Assembly (NCBI GenBank): GCA_964547465.1
Contig: CAZJNI010000002.1
Location: 6,043 to 70,042, forward strand
Reading direction: 5' to 3'
DNA length: 64,000 nucleotides
Source of the DNA: an uncultured Gammaproteobacteria bacterium
GTDB taxonomy: Bacteria; Patescibacteriota; Microgenomatia; Daviesbacterales; UBA10151
Part shown: in pieces, positions 10,199-18,796 of the stretch
Numbering within the stretch: position 1 is the first letter of the stretch
How the letters are laid out: every line of letters starts with the position of its first letter
The notes under the pieces: generated by a model
Told to the model about the DNA's origin: nothing
Database searches by the model: none
The model's input: only the letters and a program-made list of their open reading frames with translations
Program-made: the position numbers and the translations under genes

Positions 10199-10234
10199 TC
10201 GACAAACTACTCACGATCGTGATAACCTTGAAAC
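10199..10234 (+). repeat. 36-bp dyad direct repeat, copy A
   Basis: tcgacaaactactcACGATCGTgataaccTTGAAAC; 24/36 ungapped identity to copy B; ends at the base before the ATG. Confidence 0.65.
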
Positions 10235-10726
10235 ATGTATAAAAAGAAAAGTTTATCTAATTTAATTCTTTTAGTTCTGGAAAAGACGGCTGATGGTTAT
10301 GTGAGATTTGAAGATTTTACCACTCACTATTATAGATACCATTATGGTGCTCCTGAACTTAAAAAGTCTCAATTTTCCTTAACTTTGAAGAGATTAAGGG
10401 AGAATGGGTTAATTGATTTTGTTGATGATAATAAATTAATTCTTAAATTAACCGATAAGGGTAGAACGAAAGCATTGAAATCAAAAATATTATTAGAAGA
10501 TGAAAAATGGGATGGCAAATGGAGAATAGTTATCTGGGATATTCCAGAAAAAAGGAGGACAGTCAGAGATGTCTTGAGAAAACAATTAAAAAGCTGGAGT
10601 TTTACTCAATGGCAAAGAAGTGTATGGGCTACTAAGAAAAATTGCGCGAAGCCTTTAAGAGAATTCATAAATAAAACAGGAATAGACCGTTGGGTTAGGG
10701 TAATTGAATCAGATAATGTTGAATAA
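10235..10726 (+). CDS. PaaX-like protein: winged HTH plus Cas2-like ferredoxin-fold domain
   Basis: LKRL...GLI...LT.KG wHTH; KWDGKWRIVIWDIPE..R..R..L......Q.SVW. Confidence 0.85.
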   Translation: MYKKKSLSNLILLVLEKTADGYVRFEDFTTHYYRYHYGAPELKKSQFSLTLKRLRENGLIDFVDDNKLILKLTDKGRTKALKSKILLEDEKWDGKWRIVIWDIPEKRRTVRDVLRKQLKSWSFTQWQRSVWATKKNCAKPLREFINKTGIDRWVRVIESDNVE

Positions 10727-10762
10727 ATTTCAAAGTATATACGATCGTTATGAGTTTGAAAC
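10727..10762 (+). repeat. 36-bp dyad direct repeat, copy B
   Basis: aTTTCAAAgtatatACGATCGTtatgagTTTGAAAc; starts at the base after the stop codon. Confidence 0.7.
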
Positions 10763-10782
10763 AATGTTATAATTAGCTTCAT

Positions 10783-11988
10783 ATGAAACAACTTATCAAA
10801 AAAGTTATTTCTCAAAAAATTATAAATATTTTTTATCATTTGCCAAAAGCAGTTTTAGCAAATATTTGGTATGGTTTCCCCACAAGAGGACTTAAGGTTA
10901 TTGGAGTAACCGGAACTGATGGTAAAACAACAACTGTTAATATGATTTATCAGATTTTAAAAGCTGCTGGTAAAAAGGTTTCCATGGTTTCAACTGTAAA
11001 TGCATTTGTAGCAGAAAAATCCTATGATACAGGTTTTCATGTTACCTCACCTGATCCATTCATGGTGCAAAGGTTTGCCAAGCGAGCACTTAATATTGGA
11101 GACGAGTATCTGGTGTTGGAGGTTACCTCGCATGCCCTAGATCAGTATAGATTTTGGGGAATAAAATTTGACGTAGGAATTATTACAAATATTACCCATG
11201 AACATTTGGATTACCATAAAACATTTGAAAATTATTTAAACACAAAGGTAAATTTATTGAAGAATGTAAGATTCGCAATGATTAATCAGAATTTAAGGGA
11301 AAAAATTAAAGAGAAAGTCAGAGGTAAGATTATTACTTTTGGAATAAATTCCGGGGATTTTAATCAAAAAAATGTAAAGTTAAATTTAAAAATACCAGGC
11401 GATTACAATATAGAAAATGCCTTAGCAGCTTTGGCTGTAGCTTTTAGTTTAAATATAGATAAAAAAATTGCCATAAAGAGTCTGGAGAATTTTGAGGGGG
11501 TTAAGGGTAGGATGGAATTTATAAAAAATAAAAAAGGAATTAAAATTGTGATTGATTTTGCCCATACTCCAAATGGTTTAGAGCAAGCTCTAAATTCCCT
11601 GCGTTCCCAAATTCAAAGTGGAAAATTGATTTCCCTGATAGGATGTGAGGGATACAGAGATGTGGGCAAAAGAGAGATGATGGGAGAGGTAGCTCAAAGG
11701 TTATCTGACATAGTAATTGTAACTGCAGTTGACCCAAGAGGACAGCTGGATACTATTAATAGACAGATTACTAAAGGAGCAGAAAAAAAAGGAGCAAAAA
11801 AAGAAATTAATTTTTTTATAATTAATGACCGGGAAAAAGCAATAGACTTGGCCATAAACAGTCTGGCAAAAAGAGGAGACATAGTTGGAATTTTCGGAAA
11901 AGGGCATGAAAATTCCATGAATTTGGATGGAAAAAAGGAAATTCCTTGGTCTGATGTTGAAGTAGTGCAAAAAGATTTGAATGGATAA
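10783..11988 (+). CDS. murE: UDP-MurNAc-tripeptide synthetase
   Basis: GVTGTDGKTTT, LEVTSH, TNITHEHLDYH, GRME, DFAHTP, GKGHE. Confidence 0.92.
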   Translation: MKQLIKKVISQKIINIFYHLPKAVLANIWYGFPTRGLKVIGVTGTDGKTTTVNMIYQILKAAGKKVSMVSTVNAFVAEKSYDTGFHVTSPDPFMVQRFAKRALNIGDEYLVLEVTSHALDQYRFWGIKFDVGIITNITHEHLDYHKTFENYLNTKVNLLKNVRFAMINQNLREKIKEKVRGKIITFGINSGDFNQKNVKLNLKIPGDYNIENALAALAVAFSLNIDKKIAIKSLENFEGVKGRMEFIKNKKGIKIVIDFAHTPNGLEQALNSLRSQIQSGKLISLIGCEGYRDVGKREMMGEVAQRLSDIVIVTAVDPRGQLDTINRQITKGAEKKGAKKEINFFIINDREKAIDLAINSLAKRGDIVGIFGKGHENSMNLDGKKEIPWSDVEVVQKDLNG

Positions 11989-12598
11989 TAAGCAAAGCTT
12001 GCCTTCGCATGGCGAAGGTAAATATAAACTAATTATAGATTCTTTTGGAAAGGAGAGATTTAAGTTTGATGAACCAATCAAAAATTATACTGCTTTTAAC
12101 ATCGGCGGGCCGGCAAAATTATTTTTTATAGCCTTCACAATACAAGAATTAATTAAAATTATATCTCAGTGCCGGGATTTAAACCTTCCTTATTTTTTAT
12201 TTGGTACTGGTAGCAAAATTATGATTTCAGATCAGGGATTTGATGGATTGGTAATAAAAAATAGGACTAAAAATATTCAAACAATTTCTGTTAAAGGTAA
12301 GGTGTCAAGACTGGGCATAGGGGTAGAGGAAGCATTAATAGAGGTAGAATCAGGGGTTAGTATGAATAAGTTAGCTGAAGATCTGGATACACAGAACCTT
12401 TTGTCTGATGGGCTTAAAGGCATATCCGGAAGCATAGGTGGGAATCTGTTTATTAGTGCATTTTTGCAAAATATGGCCAAAAGTATTAAAGTATTGGATC
12501 AAGACTCAAAAGTTGAGGAGATAGAACCTGGAACTTTAAGTCCTAAAAGGCATATAATTTTATCAGCAGTTTTTAAGGTTAAGGCAAAAAATTTATGA
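11981..12598 (+). CDS. murB: MurB-like FAD-binding protein, truncated/degenerate
   Basis: YT.F.IGGPA, G.GS...SD.G.DG.VI; only 205 aa, C-terminal domain absent. Confidence 0.75.
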   Translation: MDNKQSLPSHGEGKYKLIIDSFGKERFKFDEPIKNYTAFNIGGPAKLFFIAFTIQELIKIISQCRDLNLPYFLFGTGSKIMISDQGFDGLVIKNRTKNIQTISVKGKVSRLGIGVEEALIEVESGVSMNKLAEDLDTQNLLSDGLKGISGSIGGNLFISAFLQNMAKSIKVLDQDSKVEEIEPGTLSPKRHIILSAVFKVKAKNL

Positions 12599-12681
12599 AA
12601 TACGAAATTATTGGTGGAAAAAGACTATCTGGAGATATCATGGTCTCCGGAAATGAGCACAGCTCTTTCCTAGATTGTTAA
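12595..12681 (+). pseudogene. 28-codon ORF duplicating the MurA N-terminus (MKYEIIGGKRLSGDIMVSGNEHSSFLDC)
   Basis: First 20 codons match MurA MKYQIIGGKKLSGEIMVSGN; ATGA overlap with murB stop. Confidence 0.8.
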
Positions 12682-12691
12682 TGGAGTAAGT

Positions 12692-13948
12692 ATGAAATAC
12701 CAAATTATTGGGGGTAAAAAGTTGTCAGGAGAAATCATGGTGTCCGGAAATAAAAACTCAATATTTCCAGCTATTGCTGCAGCTTTATTAACCAAAGATG
12801 AAGTTGTTTTAGAAAATATTTCTAAAATAAGTGATGTTGAAGTACTGGTGGAGATTTTAAAAAAATTAGGTGCTGATATAAAGAGAGAAGATTCAACTAT
12901 TATTATAAAGGCTGAAAATATTAAGATCAGCAGTTTATCTCAAAATTTGATGAGCAAGCTGCGAGGCTCGATTGTGCTAGTTGGGGCGATTTTGGCAAGA
13001 TTAGGCAAGGTTAATTTCTATCATCCTGGAGGAGATATTATTGGTCAAAGGAATATTAGCTCTCACCTGGAAGGATTTAAAAAACTTGGTGCAACTTTAA
13101 AAAAATCAGATTTGAAATTTTCGCTGCAGCTTTCAGATGATATTAAGGAAAATTGTACAATTTTTTTACGGGAGTCTTCTGTAACTGCTGCTGAAAACTT
13201 AATATTAGCGTCAGCTTTGGGTAAAAGAAAAGTAACTTTAAAAAATTGTCCGGTTGAACCTCACATTCAGGATCTTTGCAAACTACTTCTTCAAATGGGT
13301 GCAAAAATTAAGGGGATTGGATCTCACAGTCTTGAAATTGAGGGAGTGAGTGAGCTTTATGGAACCCACTTTAAAATAGGAATAGATTATATTGAAGTGG
13401 GTACATATGCAGTAGCAGCAGCAATAACAGGAGGTAAGATTAATATAAAAGGAGTTGATGAGACAGATTTGGATCCCATATTTGAACCTTTATCGAAATT
13501 CGGAATAAAGGTAGAAAAAAAAGAGGACGGAGTAATCGTTTGGACAGAAAAATTAAAATCTGTTCCAAAAATTATTACAAATATTTGGCCGGGTTTCCCG
13601 ACAGATTTAATGAGTGTTGTTATAGTGTTGGCAACACAGAGTAAAGGTGTAACGCTTTGTCATGATTGGATGTATGAATCCAGGATGTTTTTTGTTGATA
13701 AGTTAATTTCAATGGGAGCAAAAATTACTCTTGCTGATCCGCATCGTAGTTTGGTCTACGGACCTGCTAAACTTCATGGAAGGTCATTGGAAACCCCGGA
13801 TATCAGAGCAGGCATGGCGTTGGTTTTAGCAAGCTTGGTTGCTAGGGGTAAAAGTACTATCAATCAGGCAGAATTAATTGAAAGGGGTTACGAGGATGTT
13901 GTAGGGAAGCTAAAAAGTATCGGGGCAGATATAAGAAAAGAGACATAG
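12692..13948 (+). CDS. murA: UDP-N-acetylglucosamine 1-carboxyvinyltransferase (Cys-to-Asp type)
   Basis: SG.KNS, PGGDIIG.R, WPGFPTD, DIRAG, IERGYE. Confidence 0.96.
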   Translation: MKYQIIGGKKLSGEIMVSGNKNSIFPAIAAALLTKDEVVLENISKISDVEVLVEILKKLGADIKREDSTIIIKAENIKISSLSQNLMSKLRGSIVLVGAILARLGKVNFYHPGGDIIGQRNISSHLEGFKKLGATLKKSDLKFSLQLSDDIKENCTIFLRESSVTAAENLILASALGKRKVTLKNCPVEPHIQDLCKLLLQMGAKIKGIGSHSLEIEGVSELYGTHFKIGIDYIEVGTYAVAAAITGGKINIKGVDETDLDPIFEPLSKFGIKVEKKEDGVIVWTEKLKSVPKIITNIWPGFPTDLMSVVIVLATQSKGVTLCHDWMYESRMFFVDKLISMGAKITLADPHRSLVYGPAKLHGRSLETPDIRAGMALVLASLVARGKSTINQAELIERGYEDVVGKLKSIGADIRKET

Positions 13949-13963
13949 TGATATAATCATTTT

Positions 13964-15130
13964 GTGAATATTGAGCCGAATCTATCTGATACATCCAAAC
14001 ATAATAATAGACAGTTGCAACTTAAAAAGCCAACCTTTCTGCTTAAATATCACCTTTGCCGCCAATACGTTAAATTATATCCACAGGAAATGTTTATTGG
14101 TATCTGTGGATCATTAGGAAAAACTACAACTGTTGGATTGACTACAGCTGTTTTATCTCAAAAATTTAAAATATTAACCACTAAATCAAATAAAGATCAC
14201 GCGCTGGAAGTTCTTTCTACAATATTAAAAATAAATCCATCCTATAAGAAAATAATTTTGGAGTTAGGTATAAATATGGAAGGGGAGATGGATTTTTATA
14301 ACTCTATAATTTTGCCCAAAGTTGTAATAGTCACAAGAATTACCAATGATCAGGTTTTTAAAGAAACAACTAAACTTTTATCTGCACTTTCAAAAGACGC
14401 AGTCGCGATCTTGGACTTTGATGATATTAATAGTAAGAAACTTTCTCAATCAACTGAAGCTAGCGTGATTTATTATGGTTCGGATGCAAAAAATTGTACT
14501 GTTTGGGCAGGAAATATTCGGATTGAAAATTTTAAGACTACCTTTGAGCTAAATCTTGGAGTTGAGAGAGTAAAAGTAGAATTGGCTATGTTGGGTATAC
14601 ACCTAATTTATCCGGCATTGGCAGCAGCTGCTTTAGGGGTTGTTTATAATATTCCTTTAACAAAAATAAAAATTGCGCTGGAATCTGTTGAAGTACAAGA
14701 ACATAAACTACAACTGCTTTTTGGACCCAATAATTCTTTTATTTTAGATGACACATATGGTTCATCTCCGACTGAAATAGAGGCGGCGATTGATACTTTG
14801 ATACAAATTCCATCAAGAAGAAAGATATTAATTCTGGGGGACATGAATAATCCTATCGGGTATACCCCCAGTGATTACAGGAAAATAGCGGAGAAAATTT
14901 ACAAGGAGAAATTAGATTTTGTCTTTTTAGGACAGGGATTTATAAAGCAGGTTTCAGATGAGTTGAAGGATTTGGGTTTTTGGGAAGAAAGAATGGGAGA
15001 CAATTTAGCAAATTCTCAACTCGTTTCGAAGCTTTTAAAAACCCTGGGTAGGGGTGATGTTTGTTTGATTAAAGGATCTAAAGCAGTCAGATTGGATGAA
15101 GTAGTCAAAAGAATCGCAAAAAATAAATGA
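13964..15130 (+). CDS. murF: Mur ligase, MurF-like (degenerate)
   Basis: GSLGKTTT, LELG, ILDDTY, LGDM, IKGS. Confidence 0.78.
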   Translation: MNIEPNLSDTSKHNNRQLQLKKPTFLLKYHLCRQYVKLYPQEMFIGICGSLGKTTTVGLTTAVLSQKFKILTTKSNKDHALEVLSTILKINPSYKKIILELGINMEGEMDFYNSIILPKVVIVTRITNDQVFKETTKLLSALSKDAVAILDFDDINSKKLSQSTEASVIYYGSDAKNCTVWAGNIRIENFKTTFELNLGVERVKVELAMLGIHLIYPALAAAALGVVYNIPLTKIKIALESVEVQEHKLQLLFGPNNSFILDDTYGSSPTEIEAAIDTLIQIPSRRKILILGDMNNPIGYTPSDYRKIAEKIYKEKLDFVFLGQGFIKQVSDELKDLGFWEERMGDNLANSQLVSKLLKTLGRGDVCLIKGSKAVRLDEVVKRIAKNK

Positions 15131-16134
15131 GTCAACTTCTGGGTTTAGTATTATTATCGTTTGTTTCAACCAGTATTTTTATGGTGCCTTTTATAGATTT
15201 TCTCTATTTTTTAAAAAGAAGGTTTGAAAGAAAAGAAAAAATTGTAAAAAGTTATGAAACTCCGATTCATGATAAATTGATGAAACAAGACGAATTAACT
15301 CCTTCAGGAGGAGGAATACTTTTAATTTTAGTTATGATAATTCTAAGTATTAGCTACACACTATTTAGTCCAATTGTGGATAGAATAAGTTTAAAAATTC
15401 TTCTTTTAACTCTGATATCTTTTGGGTCACTGGGATTGCTGGATGATATTAAACTTATTATTACCAGAAGAGAAGGTAAGTTTTTAGGATTGGGTAGAAA
15501 GAGAATGCTTTTTGTGCAACTAATTCTTGCACTGCTTATTTCCTCTTTACTTTACTTTATGGCCGGATTAAATAATCTTTATATTTCAGGACTTGGTAAT
15601 TTTGTTATTGGTTTTTGGTATATTCCGCTGGCTGCATTTGTGATAGTTTCATTTGCCAATGCCTATAATATCTCTGATGGTCTTGATGGCTTATCTGCAG
15701 GACTTCTACTGATTTGTTTATTTGCTTTTTTGGCATTGGCCTCGACCTCTTTGGATTTAACTCTGGCATCCTTTATTGGGATTTGGATAGGTGCACTTTT
15801 TGCATATCTTTATTTTAATGTATGGCCGGCCAGGATTTTTTTGGGAGACGGGGGGGCTTTTGGGTTTGGGGCAACTCTGGCAGTTGTTGGCCTTTTGACA
15901 GGAAAAATTTTGGCACTGGCGATAATTGGTGGGATGTTTGTAATTATTGTTGCCTCATCCTTTATTCAGATAATGTCAAAAAAATTTACAGGCAAAAAAG
16001 TCTTACCGGTTGCACCTATCCATATGTATTTTAAATATATTGGCTGGCAGGAACCAAAAATAGTAACCAGATTTTGGTTGGCCCAAGGATTATTTGCTAT
16101 TTTGGGACTTTGGATAGCCCTACTATCTAAATAA
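15127..16134 (+). CDS. mraY: Phospho-MurNAc-pentapeptide transferase
   Basis: TP.GGG, GLLDD, NA.N.SDGLDGL, PARIFLGD, APIH, GW.E.KIV.RFW. Confidence 0.92.
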   Translation: MSQLLGLVLLSFVSTSIFMVPFIDFLYFLKRRFERKEKIVKSYETPIHDKLMKQDELTPSGGGILLILVMIILSISYTLFSPIVDRISLKILLLTLISFGSLGLLDDIKLIITRREGKFLGLGRKRMLFVQLILALLISSLLYFMAGLNNLYISGLGNFVIGFWYIPLAAFVIVSFANAYNISDGLDGLSAGLLLICLFAFLALASTSLDLTLASFIGIWIGALFAYLYFNVWPARIFLGDGGAFGFGATLAVVGLLTGKILALAIIGGMFVIIVASSFIQIMSKKFTGKKVLPVAPIHMYFKYIGWQEPKIVTRFWLAQGLFAILGLWIALLSK

Positions 16135-17231
16135 TGAATCAATTAAGAGTAAGCTTGCAATTACAAAAGAGACAATTTGATCTGATACTTATTTCTGTAG
16201 TTGGAATTTTAGTCATATTTGGTCTTGTAATGGTATATGATGCTTCAGCAATTCAGGGGTTGCGGGATTTTAAGGACAGCTATTATTACATAAGACAGCA
16301 GTTAATTTGGGTCGTGTTAGGGTTATTTTCTCTTTTTTTCTTCTCTTTTTTTAAATACACCAAATTTAAAAAAATAGCCTTTCCTTTACTTTTAATTTCA
16401 CTTGGGCTTCTAGTGGCAGTTTTCATTCCAGGCCTCGGGATTTCTGGAGGAGGAGCACATAGATGGTTAAAGTTGGGTCCTGGAACTATTCAGCCAGCTG
16501 AAATAATAAAACTTACCGGAGTAATTTTTCTCTCTGCCATATTTGAGAAAAGAACCAGGATATTACCATTTTTAATTCTCTTGGGAATCGTTACGCTAAC
16601 TACAGCTGTTCTACAGAAAGATTTAGGTTCAACTATAGTCTTTGTGTTAACATCTTTAATTATATATTTCGGAAGCGGTGGCGCAATTTGGCATCTCCTT
16701 GCAATTTTACCAATAGGAGTTGTTGGGTTTTTAGGGTTAGTTCTTACTTCAAGTTATAGAAGCAAAAGAATCTTAGCTTTCTTAGATCCATTTTCTGATA
16801 CTCAAGGTTTCACTTATCATATCTCACAGGTTTTAATTGCTTTGGGATCTGGAGGTTTTCTAGGGTTAGGTTTAGGTCATTCCAGACAAAAATTTGAATA
16901 TATTCCAGAGGTGACAACTGATTCCATTTTTGGAATAGTGGGAGAGGAGTTAGGTTTTCTTGGGTCTATATTTTTAATTACCCTATTTGTAATTTTAATT
17001 TTAAGAGGACTTAGGATTTCCAAAGAATGTCCAGACAGGTTCGGTAAAATTCTCTCATTAGGTTTGACAACCTGGTTAGGCTTACAAGCGGCAATTAATC
17101 TTTCATCAATGATTGCTCTGCTGCCTTTAACTGGGGTACCTCTTCCCTTTATCTCATATGGAGGTTCAGCACTTTTGGTAAATCTGACTGCTGTTGGAAT
17201 ATTAATTAACATTTCCAAGCAATCTGCCTGA
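16134..17231 (+). CDS. ftsW: SEDS peptidoglycan polymerase FtsW
   Basis: A.RW, QPAE..K, TDSIF...GEELG, P.TGVPLPFISYGGS. Confidence 0.93.
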   Translation: MNQLRVSLQLQKRQFDLILISVVGILVIFGLVMVYDASAIQGLRDFKDSYYYIRQQLIWVVLGLFSLFFFSFFKYTKFKKIAFPLLLISLGLLVAVFIPGLGISGGGAHRWLKLGPGTIQPAEIIKLTGVIFLSAIFEKRTRILPFLILLGIVTLTTAVLQKDLGSTIVFVLTSLIIYFGSGGAIWHLLAILPIGVVGFLGLVLTSSYRSKRILAFLDPFSDTQGFTYHISQVLIALGSGGFLGLGLGHSRQKFEYIPEVTTDSIFGIVGEELGFLGSIFLITLFVILILRGLRISKECPDRFGKILSLGLTTWLGLQAAINLSSMIALLPLTGVPLPFISYGGSALLVNLTAVGILINISKQSA

Positions 17232-17252
17232 TTTTTTGAGTATAATCAAAAT

Positions 17253-17987
17253 ATGAAGATATTTTTGACGGGACATAAGGGTTATTTGGGAAGTGAATTC
17301 GTAAAACGTTATGGTAATAAGTATGAAATAGTAGGTTATGATCGTAAGGAAGGTGATGAACTGCTAGATTATGATAATCTGAAAAAGAAAATAAAAGGCT
17401 GTCAGCAAGTTGTTCATCTGGCTGCTATCCCTAAGCCTATGGAAGGTAAAGTATTTGAAGAATACTTTGATAATAATGTTAGGACCGTATTAAATATTGT
17501 AAAAGCTGCTGTTGAAAGTAATCTTAAAAGGATAATTTATGCAAGTTCGACAACTATATATGGAATAGAGAAAGGTATCCCATTTAAAATTCCTATCAAC
17601 GAAGACCAACTTTTTGTATCCCAGTATATTTCGGTAGATCAATTAACGTGTCGGGATGTTGACCTTTCTTATCATATTAGTAAAGTAATGGCAGAACAAA
17701 TTATGGCCTGGTATGGTTTAAATAAGAAGATTCAAACCATAGCTTTACGCTTTGGTCCTATTAATAAAGTATTTTTAGGAACGAGTGTTAGCATTAATAA
17801 TGCAACTCAAGCTATAAAATTAGCAATAGATTATACTGGTGAACTTTGGTATGAACCGTTTAGTATTGTGGATGAGCTTCTGCACATTAGCATAAGGAAA
17901 GCCAGAGACATCTTAGGATATAGCCCGAAAAAAACTAATTATACTCCTGAGCAAATTCATTCAACTCTGGAAGAGAGAACAAGGTAA
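17253..17987 (+). CDS. NAD-dependent epimerase/dehydratase
   Basis: TGHKGYLG, HLAA, YASS, YHISK..AE. Confidence 0.85.
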   Translation: MKIFLTGHKGYLGSEFVKRYGNKYEIVGYDRKEGDELLDYDNLKKKIKGCQQVVHLAAIPKPMEGKVFEEYFDNNVRTVLNIVKAAVESNLKRIIYASSTTIYGIEKGIPFKIPINEDQLFVSQYISVDQLTCRDVDLSYHISKVMAEQIMAWYGLNKKIQTIALRFGPINKVFLGTSVSINNATQAIKLAIDYTGELWYEPFSIVDELLHISIRKARDILGYSPKKTNYTPEQIHSTLEERTR

Positions 17988-18003
17988 GTTGGGGGATAAA
18001 CCA

Positions 18004-18020
18004 GTAAGGTCAGACCTTAC
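18004..18020. repeat. REP-like palindrome downstream of transposase
   Basis: gtaaggtc-a-gaccttac. Confidence 0.75.
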
Positions 18021-18024
18021 GAAT

Positions 18025-18702
18025 CTAATCTTCCAATATTTTATTTTCTATCACTGAAAAATCATCATTTTCTTCTACGAATGCTTTATATGTAAGTTTA
18101 GGATTAGTTTTAGAAAAATTACTTAAAACCTCTTCTGGATGAACCCACTGCGTTTTTCTTTTGCCTAAATACTCATAATATGAGCATGGTTGAGTTTGCA
18201 AGGAGTCTCCTTGCAAAGCTAGTGCTTGTTTATGTATATAGCGGGACAGATGAAGAAATTGATTTTCATGGGTTACTAAAACTGCTTTGTATACATCTTG
18301 AAATAATGAACCTACTCTTTTGTATTTACGGTTAAAATACATGGTATACCTTGTGCATAATGATCTCATAAATTTATTAATTGTTTGGGCTGATTTTTGT
18401 TTAATAAAGAAATGAAAGTGATTAGGCATTAAACAATAGGCAATTAAAGATACTTCATCAGCAAAATTATTTAATCGAAGTATTTTTAGTATTTTATCCT
18501 TTTCTCTGTAAGAAACATTTGGATCTCCAAGTCTTTTTCTTAAAGTTTCCTCATCTTTAGGTAATAAATATTCTCTTAAATAGCCTAGTAATACTCCATA
18601 ATCTTGTTCATCTAGAAAAATTGTCCTCTTCTCAACTCCACGATTGTATAAGTGGTAATAACTATTATCCACATATAGCTTCAGAGAATTACGTGCCGGC
18701 AT
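18025..18702 (-). mobile_element. Y1 HUH transposase (RAYT/TnpA-REP-like, IS200 superfamily)
   Basis: YYHLYNRG, YCLMPNHFH (HUH), YFN.KY.R.G.LFQ..YK, LSRYIH; flanking and internal palindromes. Confidence 0.9.
18195..18217. repeat. REP-like palindrome inside the transposase ORF
   Basis: tttgcaaggag-t-ctccttgcaaa, encodes LQGDSLQ. Confidence 0.75.
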
Positions 18703-18729
18703 AGTTTCAGTTTACCAGACTTTCGTTAA

Positions 18730-18754
18730 GCACACAAGGAGTCTCCTGGTGTGC
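18730..18754. repeat. REP-like palindrome upstream of transposase
   Basis: gcacacaaggag-t-ctcctggtgtgc. Confidence 0.75.
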
Positions 18755-18796
18755 CTGTGGTTGAATCAGGTTCAGGTATAACGTATTATTACCTAT

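Noticed and set aside
10199-10762. Canonical CRISPR array
   Set aside because: Only two divergent repeats 492 bp apart and no cas1 or effector genes in the window; reported as a repeat-flanked cassette instead.
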